Positions 58,226 to 64,000 of a stretch of 64,000 nt of DNA are shown here, piece after piece (position 1 is the first letter of the stretch; every line of letters starts with the position of its first letter). The translations under genes and the position numbers were made by a program. Below the pieces are notes generated by a model. That model did no database searches, had not been told where the DNA came from, and saw only the letters and a list, made by a program, of their open reading frames with translations. Origin of the DNA: Methylococcaceae bacterium (GTDB lineage Bacteria > Pseudomonadota > Gammaproteobacteria > Methylococcales > Methylomonadaceae); the NCBI GenBank assembly GCA_037127995.1, contig JBAXXH010000007.1, forward strand, positions 1,184 through 65,183, read 5' to 3'.

Positions 58226-60166
58226 TCACTGTGCCATTTTCGCAACGCGATAACGCTTATCACAAGCCGCGCACAAACCACCGACAGCCATAAATACCGC
58301 ACCCATCCATATCCAGCGAATGAAGGCTTTGTAATAAATCCGTAAACTCCACGCACCTTCATTACCCAAGGGCTCGCCGATGGCAACGAATAAATCCCTG
58401 GACAACCCGGCATCAATCGCCGCTTCAGTCATCGGCATGGTTTGCACCTGATAAACGCGTTTTTGTGGTTCCAGTTGGGCAACCTGCTTGCCGTCATGAC
58501 TGACAGTTACAAACGCCTGTTGAGCCACATAGTTGGGGCCTTTGGTTTGGGTAACACCTTTAAACTCAAAAATATAACCGGACATATCGATGGTTTCACT
58601 GGGTGCCATACGCACATCTTTTTCAACACTGTAAACGCTGGTTAAGGTGATTCCGGTCACAAATACAGCAATGCCTAAATGCGCGATAGTCATGCCATAA
58701 AAACCGGCGGATACTGTTTGCAGTCTTTGCCATGAAAAGCCTTTAGCGCCCAAGCGATCAATAAAAGACAGCACGGTAACGGCAACCGTCCACAATGCGA
58801 GCGTTAAGCCCAGCGCCGCACCCCAAGAATAAAAAGGCATCAGCGCAGGCAGCAACAAACCACCCGCGACACAAGCCGCGATAATCCAGCGCACCCGCAA
58901 TGCCAACTGACTGATGGAATCTTTTTTCCAGCGTAATAACATGCCCAAGCCCACAGCAACAGACAGTGGAGTCATTAAGGGAATAAACACAGCATTAAAA
59001 TACGGAGGGCCGACAGAAATTTTGCCTAAGCCCAAGGCATCAATCACCAAAGGATATAAGGTGCCCAGTAAAATACTGGCAGCCGTTACTACCAGCAGAA
59101 CGTTATTGAGTAAAATCGCAGATTCTCTGGAGACCAGTTCAAACGTTGCACTGCTTTTAACGGTAGGTGCTCTGACGGCGTAGAGCAATAACGAACCGCC
59201 GACCACGACCGCTAAAAATACCAGAATAAACAGGCCGCGTGCCGGGTCACTGGCAAAAGCATGAACGGAGGTTAATACGCCCGAACGCACCAAAAAAGTA
59301 CCTAACAAGCTTAATGAAAAAGCAAAAATCGCCAGTAAAACCGTCCATGTTTTAAAAACACCGCGTTTTTCAGTAGCGGCTAGTGAATGCATTAAAGCCG
59401 TTCCTACCAACCAAGGCATAAACGAAGCATTTTCTACCGGATCCCAAAACCACCAGCCGCCCCAGCCTAATTCGTAATAAGCCCACCAACTACCCAAGGC
59501 AATACCAAGTGTTAAAAACATCCAGGCCATGTTGGTCCACGGTCTTGACCACCTTGCCCAAGCGGCGTCCAAACGACCTTCAAGTAAAGCGGCAATAGCA
59601 AAAGCAAAGGCCACGGAAAAACCGACATACCCCATATACAGCATGGGCGGATGGATGGCCAAACCGGGATCTTGTAATAAAGGATTTAAGTCCCGCCCTT
59701 CCAAAGGCGCTGGAAAAAGACGTTCAAACGGATTGGACGTCAGCAATAAAAACAGGATAAAGCCGATTGAAACCAGCCCCATGACACCCAACACTCTGGC
59801 CAAGGTAGCGTCTGGAATACTTTTGCTAAATTGCGCGACCAAACCGGTCCATATCGTGAGTACCAAACCCCACAATAATAATGAACCTTCATGTGCGCCC
59901 CATACGCCTGAAATCAAGTACAGGACAGGCAATGAAGTATTGGAATTAGTGGCAATATATTTAACCGAAAAATCATGCGTCAAACAGCTATAAGTCAGAC
60001 AGCCGTAAGATAAGGCCATAAACAATAGTTGTGCAAACGCGGCAGGCCGGGCGACGGCAACCCATCCCGCCTGACTGCGAAACGCGCCAATAATCGGCAA
60101 AGTGCCCAGCACCAGTGCCATACACAAAGCGAGTATCAGTGAAAAATGTCCCAGTTCTGCAATCAT
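58226..60166 (-). CDS. ccmF: Heme lyase CcmF
   Basis: WGAHEGS, HPPMLYMGY and WGGWWFWDPVENAS. Confidence 0.97.
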   Translation of the reverse strand: MIAELGHFSLILALCMALVLGTLPIIGAFRSQAGWVAVARPAAFAQLLFMALSYGCLTYSCLTHDFSVKYIATNSNTSLPVLYLISGVWGAHEGSLLLWGLVLTIWTGLVAQFSKSIPDATLARVLGVMGLVSIGFILFLLLTSNPFERLFPAPLEGRDLNPLLQDPGLAIHPPMLYMGYVGFSVAFAFAIAALLEGRLDAAWARWSRPWTNMAWMFLTLGIALGSWWAYYELGWGGWWFWDPVENASFMPWLVGTALMHSLAATEKRGVFKTWTVLLAIFAFSLSLLGTFLVRSGVLTSVHAFASDPARGLFILVFLAVVVGGSLLLYAVRAPTVKSSATFELVSRESAILLNNVLLVVTAASILLGTLYPLVIDALGLGKISVGPPYFNAVFIPLMTPLSVAVGLGMLLRWKKDSISQLALRVRWIIAACVAGGLLLPALMPFYSWGAALGLTLALWTVAVTVLSFIDRLGAKGFSWQRLQTVSAGFYGMTIAHLGIAVFVTGITLTSVYSVEKDVRMAPSETIDMSGYIFEFKGVTQTKGPNYVAQQAFVTVSHDGKQVAQLEPQKRVYQVQTMPMTEAAIDAGLSRDLFVAIGEPLGNEGAWSLRIYYKAFIRWIWMGAVFMAVGGLCAACDKRYRVAKMAQ

Positions 60167-60227
60167 TGTTGTTGACCCTTAAGCTCTCTATCCATAACTA
60201 TATTTTCAATTTTCTTCACGTTTAATT

Positions 60228-60458
60228 TTAACTGGCTCGATCACTTATCTGCATAAGCTTGGCTTGAGTGCTTTCAAGAATAAAATCCCTTAAAAAAATA
60301 CTGGCTTTTAATATTTCGACACCGATTAATTCACCATCAGCATTAAGCTCAGCAGTAATATTAGGACTTAATTCAACGCTTGCCATTTCGTCTTCATCCG
60401 TCATAGCTAAATGAATAACATCTTGCTCCGGAAAATAAGTCATTTTTGGATTATTCAT
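60228..60458 (-). CDS. DUF2283-family protein (putative antitoxin)
   Basis: MTYFPEQDVIHL...ELNADGELIGVEIL. Confidence 0.85.
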   Translation of the reverse strand: MNNPKMTYFPEQDVIHLAMTDEDEMASVELSPNITAELNADGELIGVEILKASIFLRDFILESTQAKLMQISDRAS

Positions 60459-60729
60459 ACGTTAATCTGCCTGTAGTTAACCTAAATTTAATTTGCTGTC
60501 GCGTAGTTGTATGAATAGTGACAGGCGTTATCTCTGTTTCACTTTCTTCATAAGGAATCATCACCCATTTACCACCCTGCTCACCAACCACTATCAAGCG
60601 GTGAGTTTCAATATCAAAATACCGTTCTTGAGAATAACGAAGAATGTTTTCAATCTGGATTAAATCAAAGCCACGAAGCTCAGCTCTATACTTAAGATAA
60701 CCGGTAAAAATACACGCTTTATCAGACAT
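60451..60729 (-). CDS. DUF4258/BrnT-like putative RelE-fold toxin
   Basis: 92 aa with FTGYLKYRAELRG...VMIPYE...ITPVTIH. Overlaps the DUF2283 gene, the usual partner. Confidence 0.65.
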   Translation of the reverse strand: MSDKACIFTGYLKYRAELRGFDLIQIENILRYSQERYFDIETHRLIVVGEQGGKWVMIPYEESETEITPVTIHTTTRQQIKFRLTTGRLTYE

Positions 60730-60746
60730 TGTTTTGATAGTACTCT

Positions 60747-61190
60747 TTATTCATCCTTCACGGACTTAGGCTGATTTTTCAAACTGTCTTTCACTTCCGG
60801 CGGCATATAATTTTCATCATGTTTGGCTAATACTTCCTCGGCAATAAAAACACCCTGTGTATTTAACTTGCCATGAGCAACGATACCCTGCCCTTCCCTG
60901 AATAAGTCCGGCAAAATGCCCGTATATTCGACGGTCACTTCTTTGCTAAAGTCAGTTAACTTAAAGCGCACCATCATTCCGTCACCGGGTCTTTCAACAC
61001 TGCCTTTAATCACCATACCGCCCAAGCGAAATAAGGTATCTTTCGGCGCTTTATGATCGACAACATCCGTTGTGGAAAAAAAGTACATCAGATTTTCATT
61101 AAAGGACTTTAAAGCGAATGCCGTGGCTATGCTGGCACCCAGCACCATCAAGAGTATAAGGGTTAATCGTTGTTTTCTGGCTGGTTTCAT
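60747..61190 (-). CDS. ccmE: Heme chaperone CcmE
   Basis: YTGILPDLFREGQG and LAKHDENYMP. Confidence 0.96.
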   Translation of the reverse strand: MKPARKQRLTLILLMVLGASIATAFALKSFNENLMYFFSTTDVVDHKAPKDTLFRLGGMVIKGSVERPGDGMMVRFKLTDFSKEVTVEYTGILPDLFREGQGIVAHGKLNTQGVFIAEEVLAKHDENYMPPEVKDSLKNQPKSVKDE

Positions 61191-61196
61191 AAAGGC

Positions 61197-61349
61197 TTAC
61201 CGTTTTTTCTTTAACGCATTCACAAAAAACTGTTTGCGTTGAATAACTGGAATAATAATGTTCGCAAGCAGAACCACCAAAGTAAGACCATAAGAAGTCC
61301 AAACGTATAAAGCATAACCTCCCATGGCAAAAAATTCTTGCAGACTCAT
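61197..61349 (-). CDS. ccmD: Heme exporter protein CcmD (missing from the ORF track)
   Basis: Hand translation MSLQEFFAMGGYALYVWTSYGLTLVVLLANIIIPVIQRKQFFVNALKKKR, located between ccmC and ccmE. Confidence 0.92.
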   Translation of the reverse strand: MSLQEFFAMGGYALYVWTSYGLTLVVLLANIIIPVIQRKQFFVNALKKKR

Positions 61350-62110
61350 TGTTTGTTCTCCAACACCATCGCTTTAACCCACTGCGAATTACGCTCCCTT
61401 TGGAGCAGTTCGACACGCACCCGCTGTATCAAGGCAATCAGATAATACATCTTAAATGATAAGGCCATTAACAATAGCGGTATTAGCATACTGACATGAA
61501 TGGACGGTTTATCCATTTTGGTTACCGTAGGGCCTTGGTGCAGCGTGTTCCACCACTCAACAGAATAATGAATAACCGGAATATTAACCACACCGACCAG
61601 CGCCAATATAGCCACGGCTTTAGAGGCAACACGTTTGTCGTCAATCGCACCATAAAGCCCGATAACACCCAGATACAAAAACAACAAGATCAATTCAGAC
61701 GTCAAGCGGGCATCCCAAACCCACCAGGTTCCCCACATAGGCTTTCCCCATAAGGAACCGGTGAATAAAGCGATAAAAGTAAAACTGGCACCGATCGGTG
61801 CGCTACTGATAGCGACTATTTCAGCCAATTTAATGCGCCAAATCAAGCCAATCGCGCCGGCAATCGCCATCACCATATAAATGAATAATGACATCCAGGC
61901 GCTGGGAACATGAATATAGATGATGCGATAACTATCGCCCTGCTGATAATCAGCCGGTGCCAAATACAATCCACCGTAAAGTCCTGCGGCCGTCAACAAC
62001 ACAAAAATAACCACCAGCCACGGCATTAAGCGTGCTGTAAACGCGTAAAAATGCGGGGGTGATGCCATACGATGAAAGAATCGACCTACGAAATCTGGAA
62101 CTAGAAACAT
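61346..62110 (-). CDS. ccmC: Heme exporter protein CcmC
   Basis: IYIHVPSAW, WGKPMWGTWWVWDARLTS and WWNTLHQ. Confidence 0.97.
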   Translation of the reverse strand: MFLVPDFVGRFFHRMASPPHFYAFTARLMPWLVVIFVLLTAAGLYGGLYLAPADYQQGDSYRIIYIHVPSAWMSLFIYMVMAIAGAIGLIWRIKLAEIVAISSAPIGASFTFIALFTGSLWGKPMWGTWWVWDARLTSELILLFLYLGVIGLYGAIDDKRVASKAVAILALVGVVNIPVIHYSVEWWNTLHQGPTVTKMDKPSIHVSMLIPLLLMALSFKMYYLIALIQRVRVELLQRERNSQWVKAMVLENKQ

Positions 62111-62430
62111 AAGAAAGGAGTTAAAGGTAAATTTAATAGTGGGAGGGAGAAAGCTATTCGCACCATGCGACTACAAGACTATAAAGCTATAAAAAAATAG
62201 ATAGTTAGCCAAAATGATAGTTTATTGCTCCAGATTAGTCATGTGACGCGATATTTTATCGGGCTATTGTTATTTAATACTTGCTGTTACGCAAACTATA
62301 TTGAAAGCCGCAAGGTATAGCACCTTATCAAATCAAGGAAAACAGCTTGGTATAACCATCATAGAACAATCGCTATATTTAATAAAACGATATTATTAGA
62401 TTTTTATATCCTTAAAAAAGATGTTGCCAA

Positions 62431-63105
62431 TCAATTAATACTCATCTTTAATGCCGCAGCAGTTGGCCAAGGCGCAAGCACCAAAGCCATAAACAAAATT
62501 GAAATCAAAATATTGATCTGGGCATCAACCGGTAAACCACTACCGGCTATTTCTACGGCATTGCTGGCAAAAATAAGTACCGGTACATATAAGGGCAAAA
62601 CCAGCAGCGATAAAATCATACCGCCCCGGCGTAACCCTACCGTCAATGCGACACCGATTGCGCCAATCAAGCTTAATACGGGCGTTCCCAGCAGCAAGGT
62701 TAATAATAAGATACCTAAAGAATGGGTGGGCATGCCTAAAAAAATAGCCAACAAGGGCGCAACGATTAACAACGGCAATCCTGTGACCAGCCAGTGGGCA
62801 ATAATCTTGCCTAATACCAGGATAGACGCCGGATGTGAGCTTAATAAAATTTGCTCCAACGAGCCGTCTTCAAAATCCGAACGAAACAGACTATCCAACG
62901 ACAACATCGCTGCCAATAACGCGGAAACCCAAATAATACCCGGCGCGATAGCTTGTAATAAATGCGGCTGTGCGCCAATGCCTAAAGGAAACAGGGTGAT
63001 AACCAGAATAAAAAACAACAGTGGATTGGCGATTTCCGAACGTCGGCGCAAAGCCAACACCAAATCACGCCGAATAATGGCAAAAAATGCGTGCGATAAA
63101 GACAT
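62431..63105 (-). CDS. ccmB: Heme exporter protein CcmB
   Basis: DFEDGSLEQ and LLVLPLYVPVLIF. Confidence 0.96.
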   Translation of the reverse strand: MSLSHAFFAIIRRDLVLALRRRSEIANPLLFFILVITLFPLGIGAQPHLLQAIAPGIIWVSALLAAMLSLDSLFRSDFEDGSLEQILLSSHPASILVLGKIIAHWLVTGLPLLIVAPLLAIFLGMPTHSLGILLLTLLLGTPVLSLIGAIGVALTVGLRRGGMILSLLVLPLYVPVLIFASNAVEIAGSGLPVDAQINILISILFMALVLAPWPTAAALKMSIN

Positions 63106-63728
63106 CAGGATAAATTAATTCGTTGCACAGCTACATCGTGCAATTCGATGTCATGGTGTGATGTTAAAACAATCATTCCGCCACTGGCACAATGTTCGGA
63201 CATTAAGGTTTCAATCAGGGCAATACCCTGTTTATCCAGTGACGTAAACGGCTCGTCAAGTATCCACACGCTGTTTTCGGTAATCAAAAGCCGCGCTAAT
63301 GACAAGCGTCTTTTCTGACCCGCAGACAAGGCCTGAACCAGCACCTCATTATAATCCGTCAAATGTACTTTATTAAGCGCCTGTTGAATGGAATATTGCC
63401 CGGACTGACCCAAAGCCAACGATACTTTTAGATTTTCCAGCACGGTCAGTTCTTTTTTAACGCCGTCCAAATGACCAACATAAGCCATATCTGCGTAATA
63501 TTGACTGTCATCAATGGCCTCGCCGCACCACAATACCTGACCGGCATCTGGTTCTCTAAAACCACATAAAATACGCAATAACGAGGTTTTACCGCTGCCA
63601 TTTTTGCCTTCCAGCAATAATACTTGCCCGGAAACCAACTCAAAGGTTAGCCCTTCGAACAAGATGCGATCATCGCGAATACAGCTTAAGTCAGTACCTT
63701 GAAGCCTAAAAGTTGGTTTTGCCGTCAT
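63105..63728 (-). CDS. ccmA: Heme exporter ATP-binding protein CcmA
   Basis: GKNGSGKT, LSAGQKRR and WILDEPFT. Confidence 0.96.
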   Translation of the reverse strand: MTAKPTFRLQGTDLSCIRDDRILFEGLTFELVSGQVLLLEGKNGSGKTSLLRILCGFREPDAGQVLWCGEAIDDSQYYADMAYVGHLDGVKKELTVLENLKVSLALGQSGQYSIQQALNKVHLTDYNEVLVQALSAGQKRRLSLARLLITENSVWILDEPFTSLDKQGIALIETLMSEHCASGGMIVLTSHHDIELHDVAVQRINLS

Positions 63729-64000
63729 TAGTTAACAGTCAATGATCTCTGACGGACAGCTTCATACAGCAGCACGCCGGTAGCCACTGACAAATTAAGG
63801 CTTTCTACCTGACCCAACATAGGCACCGATACCAGTACATCACATTGTTCTTTGGTTAAGCGTCTTAAACCCTTACCTTCCGCGCCAACAACCAAGGCCA
63901 TCGGGACGGTAAAATCGGCGGTATAAACAGTCTGTGCCGTTTCACCCGCCGCGCCCATAATCCATAAACCTTCGCCTTTAAGCCAACGCAAGGTACGTGC
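63728..64000 (-). CDS. rlmB: 23S rRNA Gm2251 methyltransferase RlmB (3' part; runs off the window)
   Basis: SPOUT motifs VVGAEGKGLRRLT and ESLNLSVATG. Confidence 0.88.
   Translation of the reverse strand, partial: ARTLRWLKGEGLWIMGAAGETAQTVYTADFTVPMALVVGAEGKGLRRLTKEQCDVLVSVPMLGQVESLNLSVATGVLLYEAVRQRSLTVN

Noticed and set aside
62111-62430. 320-bp AT-rich gap between ccmB and ccmC as a hidden gene or FNR site
   Set aside because: No ORF of useful length and no full TTGAT-N4-ATCAA match. It is most simply an internal promoter region.
62513-63118. 201-aa plus-strand ORF opposite ccmB
   Set aside because: Antisense shadow of a hydrophobic membrane-protein gene.

Overview
This 64 kb window is chromosomal and most likely comes from a gammaproteobacterial methanotroph (Methylococcales-like). 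That assignment is inferred from gene content and repeat style, not from a marker gene. The backbone carries a riboswitch-controlled btuB, a PhoPQ/QseBC-like pair, pgaBCD without pgaA, a family-5 UDG, regBA, msrA, hslO, hemF, a large PBP-like transglycosylase, mobA, rpoE-rseA-rseB-degP with nadB, a cusCBA-type efflux operon, bcp, slyX, hemN, a complete ccmABCDEFGHI cluster and a partial rlmB. Intergenic DNA is dense with REP/MITE families. One REP palindrome sits in frame inside ccmI, and two toxin-antitoxin pairs interrupt the ccm operon. The best novelty candidate is a strongly AT-rich, tightly coupled five-gene operon at 38000-43733, bracketed by two TA modules. It encodes an AlkB dioxygenase, a DUF1848 protein with a C-terminal CxxxCxxC, a compact SF1 helicase, a coiled-coil protein with a possibly ART-like N-terminus, and a protein with a SAM-methyltransferase-like domain. 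I do not recognise it as a described system; it could sense, modify or repair modified DNA, possibly in phage defence. No tRNA, rRNA, CRISPR array or intact transposase/integrase was seen.
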